Assembly (NCBI GenBank): GCA_041742075.1
Contig: JBGSJJ010000003.1
Span: 1-40,486, forward strand
DNA: 40,486 nt
Reading direction: 5' to 3'
Origin: Minisyncoccia bacterium
Lineage (GTDB): Bacteria > Patescibacteriota > Minisyncoccia > Phycocordibacterales > UBA918
Of the stretch, positions 9,416 through 17,758 are shown one piece after another; position 1 is the first letter of the stretch, and each line of letters begins with the position of its first letter. Below the pieces are notes generated by a model. That model did not search any database and was not told the origin of the DNA. It saw only the letters and a program-made list of their open reading frames with translations. Made by a program: the position numbers and the translations under genes.

Positions 9416-9519
9416 GTAAGGAGAGAGAAATATTCTGCTTCGACCACAAAATGGTCTTAGTAGACTACCCCTCCCTCCCCCCAAACGTGAGCCTCTCTTC
9501 GGACAGGCTCTTTTTTTTA
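9416..9519 (+). ncRNA. Candidate ~100-nt small RNA or attenuator leader
   Basis: Lies between the promoter above and the terminator GAGCCT-N10-AGGCTC-T7, and forms a long imperfect hairpin. Confidence 0.4.
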
Positions 9520-9546
9520 TGTAAGTGTTATACTGACCAATACACT

Positions 9547-10404
9547 ATGAACGAATCACTTAAAGATATTGTCGTTATCTACCATGATCAGTGTCGAGAT
9601 GGTTTTGGCTCCGCCTATGCCGCCTGGACTGTGCTCGGAGACACCGCGAGCTATGTACCGAGAAAGACTCAGCAACCAGTACTTGAGGGTCTAGTCGATA
9701 AAGAACTCTACATTGTCGACTACAGCTACCATAAAGCTGACTTAGAGATGCTGGTGGCTAACAATAAGAAAGTTGTCGTCATTGACCACCACGCCAGTGC
9801 TTGCGAGTCGGTCACTAGTTTTCCAGGCAATGTTTTTGACACGACCCACTCTGGTGCAGTACTAACCTGGCAATACTTTCATCCTAATACTCCTGTCCCA
9901 AAACTTCTACTGTATATCGAAGACCAAGACATCTGGACCCAGAGTATGGAGCACACCCGTGAATTTAGTGCCGCTCTAGGCGAATATGATCAAGACTTTG
10001 AAACGTGGCATCAACTTAATAAGAATCTTGAGGACCGACTGCACTTCAACAAATTTATTGAACACGGGGACATCATTGCCCGCTTTGAAGATGCCCTCGT
10101 TGCAAAAATGCTCAACTTCCGAGAAAAAGCATTGTTTGAGGGCCAACCAATCTACGTACTCAATGCCGAACGTGTCTACCGTTCAATTCTCGGACATCAT
10201 CTAGCAGAACTCAGTAAGCAAGAAGGTGGTGTCGGGATTGGTATCGTGTACTACAAGTACGATGGTGCGGTACACTGCTCCGTACGGAGTGTACCCGAGG
10301 TTGACGTCAGTGTGATTGCCGAAAAGTACGGAGGCGGTGGGCACAAAAATGCTTCCAGTATCCGCGTGGCAAGCTTTGCGGAGTTGCCATTTACGTTTCT
10401 CTAG
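9547..10404 (+). CDS. DHH/DHHA1 phosphoesterase (nanoRNase-like)
   Basis: Start refined to MNESLK. YHxxCxDG, IDHH, SVRS and GGGGH motifs. Confidence 0.9.
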   Translation: MNESLKDIVVIYHDQCRDGFGSAYAAWTVLGDTASYVPRKTQQPVLEGLVDKELYIVDYSYHKADLEMLVANNKKVVVIDHHASACESVTSFPGNVFDTTHSGAVLTWQYFHPNTPVPKLLLYIEDQDIWTQSMEHTREFSAALGEYDQDFETWHQLNKNLEDRLHFNKFIEHGDIIARFEDALVAKMLNFREKALFEGQPIYVLNAERVYRSILGHHLAELSKQEGGVGIGIVYYKYDGAVHCSVRSVPEVDVSVIAEKYGGGGHKNASSIRVASFAELPFTFL

Positions 10405-10437
10405 CTATCTCTAGTTGATTTAGGTATAGTGCCCACA

Positions 10438-11610
10438 ATGATTATCCTTTCTATCGAAACCAGTTGTGACGAAACGGCCATTAGCCTGGTGCGAGCTGAA
10501 GGTGTTTTCCCGAACGCAACCTATGAAATACTCGGTAACGCCCTGTTCTCGCAAGTGGAGCTTCATAAAGAATACGGCGGGGTATTCCCCCGCCTTGCGA
10601 AGCGTGAGCATGCCAGAACGCTTGTACCGATGCTTACAGAGGCCTTGACGCAAGCTGATCTTTTAAACGAGTCAGAGACCGAACTAACTGACACTGACCG
10701 CTCTACTCTTGAGAACCTGCTTCTGCGCGAAGAAGGTTTAGCAGAAAGCTTGCTCACTTTTTTCAAACACCATTCCTTACCAGACATACACCTCATTGCG
10801 GTCACCAGTGGTCCAGGTCTTGAGCCAGCCTTGTGGGTTGGTATCAGCTTTGCTAAAGCACTTGCCCACGTGCTCAAATGCCCCGTGGTACCAGTCGACC
10901 ACATGGAGGGTCACATACTCGCTTCTATTTTTGACGCCGTCGAGGATGACCAGCTTGCAAACATTACCTTCCCTGCCATTGCGCTTCTCATCTCAGGCGG
11001 TCACACTGAGCTTATTTTGATGCCTACCTGGGGTACCTACGAAAAAATTGGTCAGACAAAAGACGATGCGGTCGGTGAGGCCTTTGATAAAGTAGCGCGT
11101 TTGATGGGTTTGCCGTACCCGGGTGGACCAGAAGTGGGTCGGCGCGCGGGCGAAGCCCGCGCGCATAACCTCCCGCCTTTTAAGGACAAGCTCCCAAGAC
11201 CGATGCTCAATTCAGGTGACCTCAACTTTTCTTTCTCCGGACTCAAGACAGCAGTTTTATATGCTATTGATGGGCGTGAGCTTTCTGAACAAGAAAAGGA
11301 TGCCCTCTCCCGAGACTTTGAAGACGCAGCTACTGAGGTGCTACTCAAAAAAACCACTAGTGCCATTGACACGCATGGCGCAGAAACTCTGATTGTCGGT
11401 GGTGGCGTGAGTGCAAGTCCATTCATCCGTGAGACCTTTACCAACACACTACTTACCTCTCATCCACAAGTAACTGTCTTCTTCCCGCCAAAGAATTTGG
11501 CCACTGACAACTCTGTCATGATTGCGCTCGCTGGTCACGCTCGTGCCGAAAGTGCTCGCACCGCTGGAGCGATTGACCTTATCAAGGCAGACGGCAATCG
11601 CTCGCTCTAG
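10438..11610 (+). CDS. tsaD: tRNA N6-adenosine threonylcarbamoyltransferase
   Basis: IETSCDETA, GPGL, HMEGH, SGGHT, DDAVGEAFDK, FSFSGLKT, TDNSVMIA. Confidence 0.97.
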   Translation: MIILSIETSCDETAISLVRAEGVFPNATYEILGNALFSQVELHKEYGGVFPRLAKREHARTLVPMLTEALTQADLLNESETELTDTDRSTLENLLLREEGLAESLLTFFKHHSLPDIHLIAVTSGPGLEPALWVGISFAKALAHVLKCPVVPVDHMEGHILASIFDAVEDDQLANITFPAIALLISGGHTELILMPTWGTYEKIGQTKDDAVGEAFDKVARLMGLPYPGGPEVGRRAGEARAHNLPPFKDKLPRPMLNSGDLNFSFSGLKTAVLYAIDGRELSEQEKDALSRDFEDAATEVLLKKTTSAIDTHGAETLIVGGGVSASPFIRETFTNTLLTSHPQVTVFFPPKNLATDNSVMIALAGHARAESARTAGAIDLIKADGNRSL

Positions 11611-11679
11611 TTATTGACTTTTACTGCTTTTGTAGCAATATGCTACTAGAAAAGTACACAGAAGCAATCGAGGTGACGT

Positions 11680-12165
11680 ATGGGCTTTACACATTTTTTT
11701 GACCCTGTGACAGAGCGAGTCATTCCCAAAGACTTACGGAATAATGGCTACAAGAATCACTCCGCTCAAGCTGTGCTTACTGCCTGGGGAATTATCCTCG
11801 GCAAACAACATCCGAAACGTCCCGACGTTCGGCACGTGACTTTGCCAGCCGGGTGGCAGATTACCTGTCCGTATGGGCCAGAAATGGAGATATGTTACCT
11901 GATTGACCAAAAGGGTAATGTTCGTTCTATCCTGTTTTACGGAAAGCTTACGTATACGCTCCTAAAACAAGCAGTTACCATTGATGCATCCGGCAATGAG
12001 GATGACAGCTGGGTTCGCGTCTTAGTGAAGGAAAAACTGGTATTCAAAACCCTAACAGTGGCTCCTGAGGAGCTGGAAATTACCTACGACGACCATTTCA
12101 AAGTAGCCGAAGAGTGGGCCGACCGAGAATACCCCAACCGACACGACCCACTCGCGTATTGGTAG
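11680..12165 (+). CDS. Hypothetical protein
   Basis: 161-aa ORF with TTGACT and GAGGTG upstream and a terminator hairpin at ~12172-12220. Confidence 0.7.
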   Translation: MGFTHFFDPVTERVIPKDLRNNGYKNHSAQAVLTAWGIILGKQHPKRPDVRHVTLPAGWQITCPYGPEMEICYLIDQKGNVRSILFYGKLTYTLLKQAVTIDASGNEDDSWVRVLVKEKLVFKTLTVAPEELEITYDDHFKVAEEWADREYPNRHDPLAYW

Positions 12166-12307
12166 CTACCCCGCCGCCCTAAAGAAACTGGCAAAAGCCG
12201 TTTCTTCCGGGCGGCTTTTGTCTTTTTAACAAACAATTCCCGGGGCAAGAAAGGCTTTATGCTTAGTTTTTTTCATGCTACTATGCGTTTCTAACTACCT
12301 CTATCTT

Positions 12308-14491
12308 ATGAGCTCAGAACAGCAAAATACAACGAATATTCCTCCTATCTTCCTCAAACCATACGAACCAAGCGAACACGAAGCACGGCTCTATAAAATG
12401 TGGGAGGAATCTGGTTTTTTTAATCCCGACATCTGTATTGAAAAAGGTATAACAAAGGCTGACGCCGAAACCTTTTCTATCGTCATGCCTCCCCCAAACG
12501 CCAACGGCTCACTCCATGCCGGCCATGCCCTTTTTGTGACCGTCCAAGACATCATGATTCGCTACGCGCGTATGCAAGGTAAGCGCACCCTCTGGATTCC
12601 AGGAGCCGATCATGCAGGCTTTGAGACCCAGATTGTGTATGAAAAAAAACTTGAGAAAGAGGGTCGTTCTCGTTTCCAAATGACTTCTGAGGAGCTTTAC
12701 GCAGAAATTATGCAGTTCACTCTTGCGAACAAAGACTTCATGCTTGGACAAATTCGTGAGCTCGGCGCTTCGTGTGACTGGTCACGACTGTTGTTTACGC
12801 TCGACCCACGAGTAATTGACATAGTGTACAAAACCTTTAAGCAGATGGAGGAAGATAAGCTCGTCTACCGAGGAGCGCGGATTGTGAACTGGTGTCCAAA
12901 ACATCAGACCTCACTTTCAAACCTTGAGACAAAGTCAGTCGAACGAAAGGATCCTTTCTATTATTTCCAATACGGACCATTTGTTATCGGTACCGCCCGT
13001 CCAGAAACTAAGTTTGGCGACAAGTATGTTGTCGTGCACCCAGACGATACGCGCTATGCTGAGTTTACCCACGGGCAACAGATAGAACTCGAGTGGATAA
13101 ATGGCCCGATCACCGCTACCGTCATCAAAGATGAGGCGAGCGATCCAGACATGGGTTCGGGCGCGATGACTATCACCCCCTGGCACTCTGGGGTGGACTT
13201 TGAAATTGCTAAGCGACACAACCTCGACTACGAACAAGTCATCGACTGGAAAGGTAAACTCCTTCCCATCGCAGAGGAGTTTACCGGAATGAATATTATG
13301 GAAGCACGGGCTAAGATTGTTGAAAAACTTGAAGCCAAAGGACTACTCGTTAAAATTGATTCTGAGTACATGCACTCAGTACCGTGTTGTTTTAAGTGTG
13401 AACGAGAAATCGAACCCCAAATCCGTGATCAATGGTTTGTGACTACCAAACCGCTGGCTGAAAAAGCCCTTGGTGCCGTGGCTGACAAGAAAGTTACGTT
13501 TGTAACCGAGGCACAGGAACGTGTCTTTAAACATTGGCTCGAAAACATTGAGGACTGGAATATTTCAAGACAGATAGTGTGGGGTATCCCGATTCCTGCC
13601 AAAATCTGTACCAAATGTGGTCACGGGATGGTAGACCTTGAAGACACCATAACGGAGTGTACAAAGTGCGCTGGTCAAGTAGAAAAAGACCCCGACACGT
13701 TTGATACCTGGTTCTCCTCTGGTCAGTGGCCACTGGCGACCACCAACTACCCCGACAGCCAAGACTTCGCTGACTACTACCCTACCTCAGTGATGGAGAC
13801 TGGGAAGGACATTATTTTCTTCTGGGTATCACGCATGATCATGTTTGGACTCTATCGAACTGGAGAAGTGCCATTTAAATCAGTCTACCTCCACGGCATG
13901 GTACTCGATAAGCAAGGCAAGAAGATGAGCAAAAGTAAAGGCAACGTCATCGCACCAAGTGAAATCCAGAGCAAATACGGTACTGACGCCCTCCGTATGG
14001 GACTTATCGTAAACAACGCCCCTGGGACCGACATGAACCTGGACCCAGACAAAATTAATGCCAACAAAAAATTTGCCAACAAACTTTGGAACATTACTCG
14101 CTTCGTACTTGACGCTACAGCTGACTTACCAAGCGGAGCAACACTTACAGAAGAAGACCAAGCAAACATCGCAACCATACTCACAGTAAATACTACTGAA
14201 ATAACCAAGTACATGAACACTGACCGGTTTGACTTGGCTTCTGAAAAAATCTATCACTTTGTGTGGGACTACTTTGCCAGTGAACTCATTGAAGCATCAA
14301 AGCCCCTCCTCGCTTCAAACGATACCGCTGTGAGAGCTTCACGGCAGGCTCTGTTAGCCGAATACCTCGTTACTTCTGTTAAACTCCTTCATCCATTTAT
14401 GCCATTTGTGACCGAAGCAATTTGGCAAGAGTTGCCAAAGACTATGAAAGACCAGGATATCTTGATGGTAGCCCCTTGGCCGACTAACTAA
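12308..14491 (+). CDS. valS: Valine--tRNA ligase (short form)
   Basis: PPPNANGSLHAGH, DHAG, DWNISRQIVWG, DTWFSS, KMSKSKGN. Ends at APWP without the C-terminal coiled coil. Confidence 0.97.
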   Translation: MSSEQQNTTNIPPIFLKPYEPSEHEARLYKMWEESGFFNPDICIEKGITKADAETFSIVMPPPNANGSLHAGHALFVTVQDIMIRYARMQGKRTLWIPGADHAGFETQIVYEKKLEKEGRSRFQMTSEELYAEIMQFTLANKDFMLGQIRELGASCDWSRLLFTLDPRVIDIVYKTFKQMEEDKLVYRGARIVNWCPKHQTSLSNLETKSVERKDPFYYFQYGPFVIGTARPETKFGDKYVVVHPDDTRYAEFTHGQQIELEWINGPITATVIKDEASDPDMGSGAMTITPWHSGVDFEIAKRHNLDYEQVIDWKGKLLPIAEEFTGMNIMEARAKIVEKLEAKGLLVKIDSEYMHSVPCCFKCEREIEPQIRDQWFVTTKPLAEKALGAVADKKVTFVTEAQERVFKHWLENIEDWNISRQIVWGIPIPAKICTKCGHGMVDLEDTITECTKCAGQVEKDPDTFDTWFSSGQWPLATTNYPDSQDFADYYPTSVMETGKDIIFFWVSRMIMFGLYRTGEVPFKSVYLHGMVLDKQGKKMSKSKGNVIAPSEIQSKYGTDALRMGLIVNNAPGTDMNLDPDKINANKKFANKLWNITRFVLDATADLPSGATLTEEDQANIATILTVNTTEITKYMNTDRFDLASEKIYHFVWDYFASELIEASKPLLASNDTAVRASRQALLAEYLVTSVKLLHPFMPFVTEAIWQELPKTMKDQDILMVAPWPTN

Positions 14492-14542
14492 TATTTATGG
14501 AAAAAAGATTTATTCCAGCTGCGCTAAGCAACGTGGACGACA

Positions 14543-14818
14543 TTGAAAAAGCTGGTACTGACTCACGATATAGTGAATCCAGCTTTGGTTATGATGAAGC
14601 TCTCGGTGAGAGCTAACTTACACATACCTGGTATCGGATTATGGAAATTAACCGATGTAAGTTTGTCTGAGCCAAATGAAGCTCTCTCTGTCATTACCGG
14701 CTATGACGAAATGCTTGATGCTGAAGTCACGTTTGAGATACTCGAGCTTGGTAAAACACTTGTCCCAGTCAAAGTGACCGTAAATGGCACAGCGGTGTAT
14801 ACAGGCCCATCTCACTAA
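14543..14818 (+). CDS. Hypothetical protein (may be the 5' half of an interrupted gene)
   Basis: 91-aa ORF in the same frame as the next ORF, separated from it by one TAA. Confidence 0.4.
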   Translation: MKKLVLTHDIVNPALVMMKLSVRANLHIPGIGLWKLTDVSLSEPNEALSVITGYDEMLDAEVTFEILELGKTLVPVKVTVNGTAVYTGPSH

Positions 14819-14836
14819 CGTACCACTTACCTTAAG

Positions 14837-15211
14837 TTGCAAATACATGCCAATCCGGCTATAGTTTCCCGCAGTAACTCGTACAAAATAAGCGAGCTCT
14901 GTCGAAATCTCAACCAGGACAAGGTGTACATCATGACGATAAGAAAATACAAGCGTGGCGAAATAAACCCGAGCGCTAAGAAAGTTTCTCTTATAGACTA
15001 TGATGGTATTGCATCTAGTGTTCTCATTATTACCAAAATTGATTTTGATCCTGACACAGTCACAAGTGACGGTAGCCCAGAAAAAAGGATGATGATTGGT
15101 CCGGTTAAACTAGAAACGAGCGAAACAGAACGAACCCTCTTTGGCTATGTTGTGAAGGATTTAAAAGGTAATCTCATCCCAAATCAGTTGAGAGAGGTGT
15201 GTTTAATATGA
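14837..15211 (+). CDS. Hypothetical protein (may be the 3' half of an interrupted gene)
   Basis: 124-aa ORF followed by a terminator-like hairpin at ~15221-15243. Confidence 0.45.
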   Translation: MQIHANPAIVSRSNSYKISELCRNLNQDKVYIMTIRKYKRGEINPSAKKVSLIDYDGIASSVLIITKIDFDPDTVTSDGSPEKRMMIGPVKLETSETERTLFGYVVKDLKGNLIPNQLREVCLI

Positions 15212-15314
15212 ACTAAGAGCGGGGGCGTCACGGCGCCCCTTTTGTTTACCTGGTTGGCCAGCAATTCGGCAAGAGAGACACTCGAACGTAACGAGCAATG
15301 TTACAATTATCGCA

Positions 15315-16022
15315 ATGGTTTCAACGCACTTTGCAATCGCATTTTTAGGCGGACTTATTCCAGCTTTGTTTTGGCTTTGGTTCTGGCTTCGTGAAGACCG
15401 TGAGAAACCAGAATCCTATCTCTTGATTGCTTTGGCTTTTATCGGTGGCATGATGGTGGTTCCGATTGCGTTACCCCTTCAACAACTTGCCCTCCAAGCC
15501 TACAGTGGCGACAACCTGGTCTTGGTGTGGGTCACCATAGAGGAAGTGCTCAAGTATAGTGCTGCCTTACTGATTATTCTCTGGAACAACGCGGTTGATG
15601 AACCAATCGATGTCATTATTTACATGATAGCCGTGGCGCTTGGCTTCGCTGCGCTTGAAAATACCTTATTTATCTTCAATGCGCTTGACGCGACTGGTAC
15701 CGCGAGCTCGCTTGTAACCGGAAAACTACGATTTGTCGGCGCTACCCTTCTCCATGTTTTGGCCTCAGGAACAGTTGGTGCCTGTGTTGCATTCGCTTTT
15801 TATAAGTCAAAAACCGCTATGGTCTTAGCGGGTTGTCTGGGGTTATGCCTAGCTGTCGTGTTGCATGCACTGTTTAACTTTTTTATAATGGAAGGAAGCG
15901 GAGAAACCATCTTAGGTGTCTTCCTCTTTGTCTGGATGGGCATCATTGTCCTGTTGCTCATCTTTGAAAAGATAAAAATACTCGAAGTCCATCACGTAAG
16001 ACCACCTAGTACATCATTATGA
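15315..16022 (+). CDS. PrsW-family intramembrane metalloprotease
   Basis: DREKPE, IEEVLK, ALGFAALEN, LLH and LHALFN motifs; multi-TM. Confidence 0.9.
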   Translation: MVSTHFAIAFLGGLIPALFWLWFWLREDREKPESYLLIALAFIGGMMVVPIALPLQQLALQAYSGDNLVLVWVTIEEVLKYSAALLIILWNNAVDEPIDVIIYMIAVALGFAALENTLFIFNALDATGTASSLVTGKLRFVGATLLHVLASGTVGACVAFAFYKSKTAMVLAGCLGLCLAVVLHALFNFFIMEGSGETILGVFLFVWMGIIVLLLIFEKIKILEVHHVRPPSTSL

Positions 16023-16531
16023 AAAAAACATCATTCCTCGAACGCCTCACCGGCGCCGTAACTATGAACAAGTACGACGAAGTACTTGCTGACGATCACG
16101 AGTTCTCAGAAGAAGAACCTCGAGCCAAACAAGCCTACGAGGAAGAGTCAGAGTGGCACGGAGGCCAAGACTATGAAGAAGAACCCCAAGAAGGCGAACT
16201 GCCAGTTGACATGTACCACACGGGTGACGCTATCGTGATTAGAGCGTTGGTTGCGGGAGTACCGCCAGAAGACCTTGATATTGCTATCACACGGGACATG
16301 GTGACTATAAAAGGTATTCGTGAAGAATACCAAGAAACTGGTACTGATGACTACTACCACCGCGAGCTGTTTTGGGGTAGTTTCACTCGAACCCTCGTTT
16401 TACCTGAAGAAGTTATTATCGATGAAGCTGAAGCGCACGAGAAGCACGGCATGCTTGAGATTAGGCTCCCTAAAGTTGATAAGGATCGCAGTACGAGACT
16501 CAAAGTTCGCTCCAACCTCCAGCCAAAGTAA
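16019..16531 (+). CDS. Hsp20/alpha-crystallin small heat-shock protein
   Basis: PVDMY, WGSFTRTLVLP, HGMLEIRLPK. ATGA overlap with the PrsW gene. Confidence 0.93.
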   Translation: MKKTSFLERLTGAVTMNKYDEVLADDHEFSEEEPRAKQAYEEESEWHGGQDYEEEPQEGELPVDMYHTGDAIVIRALVAGVPPEDLDIAITRDMVTIKGIREEYQETGTDDYYHRELFWGSFTRTLVLPEEVIIDEAEAHEKHGMLEIRLPKVDKDRSTRLKVRSNLQPK

Positions 16532-16535
16532 AAAA

Positions 16536-16563
16536 CAAACGACCCCAAGGTGGGGTCGTTTTC
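16536..16563. terminator. Terminator hairpin
   Basis: AAACGACCCCA-AGG-TGGGGTCGTTT. Confidence 0.8.
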
Positions 16564-16580
16564 GTTATGCTTTAAGTATT

Positions 16581-16890
16581 TTGGAGCAGGCTCGGTCATG
16601 AATCACAAGTTTCCTCTTTCTCTTCTTACAGAAGCTGTACACCATTGTGCGCAGGCACAGTACTTCCCAAGCACCGCATATGCAAACTATGAGTAAGGCT
16701 CGGTCACAAGTTACTAAGCATAATTGTTCGCTTCACTCCAATTCTGCTAAGTACTTTCGACCCCGGCTCGACTGTTGCTAAAGCAACATGTCTGCGCCCT
16801 TCGAGCCTGCACGTACTGTGCGCAGGCACAGTACTTCCCAAGCACTGCATATGCAAAAAGCCGCCTATGGGCGGCTTTTTGCATATGCAG
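16581..16890 (-). repeat. Array of alternating-orientation tRNA-Phe 3'-end copies with structured repeat copy 3 (16702-16798) and a degenerate copy (16594-16609)
   Basis: CGAGCCTGCTCC(C)AA pieces in both orientations; duplicated TGTGCGCAGGCACAGTACTTCCCAAGCAC; long palindrome 16837-16898. Confidence 0.8.
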
Positions 16891-16963
16891 TGCTTGGGAG
16901 CAGGCTCGAACTGCTGACCCTTCCCTCTTCAGGGGAATGCTCTACCAACTGAGCTACCCAAGC
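16891..16963 (-). tRNA. tRNA-Phe(GAA)
   Basis: GCTTGGG/CCCAAGC acceptor, TTCCC-CTGAAGA-GGGAA anticodon arm, GTTCGAG T-loop. Confidence 0.95.
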
Positions 16964-17011
16964 AAATGAGTACATAAGAATTAGATTTTAATCTCATTCT
17001 TACTGTGCGAA

Positions 17012-17118
17012 TGCAGCTTGGGAAAGATTCCTCTTACCAAGCAAACGAAGAACAGTGGGCAAGCTGGCTTGTACACTGGTTCTGAGTGCAGCTTGGGGAA
17101 GCTTTGCTTACCAAGCAA
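17012..17118. repeat. Two short direct repeats resembling the tRNA-Phe acceptor ends
   Basis: TGCAGCTTGGG-N10-CTTACCAAGCAA at 17012-17044, and the same with N9 at 17087-17118. Confidence 0.7.
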
Positions 17119-17189
17119 GTGACGTGCCAACTTGTTCATCCAACGTGCCAGCTATTGTACCTGTTTTTGGTCTTTTTTCAATGCCACTA

Positions 17190-17474
17190 TTACAAGCCTC
17201 GGTATAAGTCCACCACACCTTGTAACTGCTCAAGATCAACCATACCTCCGGTGCTTTGCGTACTGCTAGAGCCTGACACAAGCCCTAAATAAGGGCTAAG
17301 AAAGTAGTAGAATAAAATAAACGGCAACCCCAGCATCAGTGCGTATAAAGCTACTTTAAACCAAAAGGCTATCCGTGCATCACGAATCATTTTCTTTAGC
17401 ATTTGGTTATTCTCTTCTAAGAGCACATTGTTCGCACGTGCAATTTCTAGAAGCGATGCATGATCTTCTGGCAT
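17190..17474 (-). CDS. Small hypothetical membrane protein
   Basis: Coiled-coil LLEENNQMLKKM followed by a TM helix; TG-t-TACAAT upstream. Confidence 0.8.
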   Translation of the reverse strand: MPEDHASLLEIARANNVLLEENNQMLKKMIRDARIAFWFKVALYALMLGLPFILFYYFLSPYLGLVSGSSSTQSTGGMVDLEQLQGVVDLYRGL

Positions 17475-17603
17475 ATTCCTACTATTGTAACAGATTATTG
17501 GTTTTATGGGGCTCTAGGAATCGAATCCTACAGATTCCAGTACTTGATTGGAATTTGTGAACCTATGCATATTCTTGGGGTCAAGTTGCTAATTATATTG
17601 TTT

Positions 17604-17710
17604 GGTCACGAATCACTAGGTATATCTTTTGCTTCGCTTCAAATCTACCAAGTGTTCTCGACCCCACCTCGCGGTTTTTGCTCTTTGGTGAGCAAAAACA
17701 TCGCTGCGGT
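17604..17710 (-). repeat. Structured repeat, copy 4 (downstream of tRNA-Arg)
   Basis: ACCGCAGCGATG-hairpin-CGCGAGGTGGGGTCGAGAACACTT...AGTGATTCGTGACC. Confidence 0.85.
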
Positions 17711-17758
17711 TCACAAACGCGAAAATCCTGACGCAGGTCAGGATTTTTAGCGCCTTTG

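Noticed and set aside
12166-12307. T-box leader of valS
   Set aside because: No TGGNACC T-box bulge. The hairpin is explained as the terminator of the upstream gene.
15315-16022. Genetic code 25 (TGA read as Gly)
   Set aside because: TGA ends genes in ATGA overlaps, and long conserved genes translate intact with code 11.
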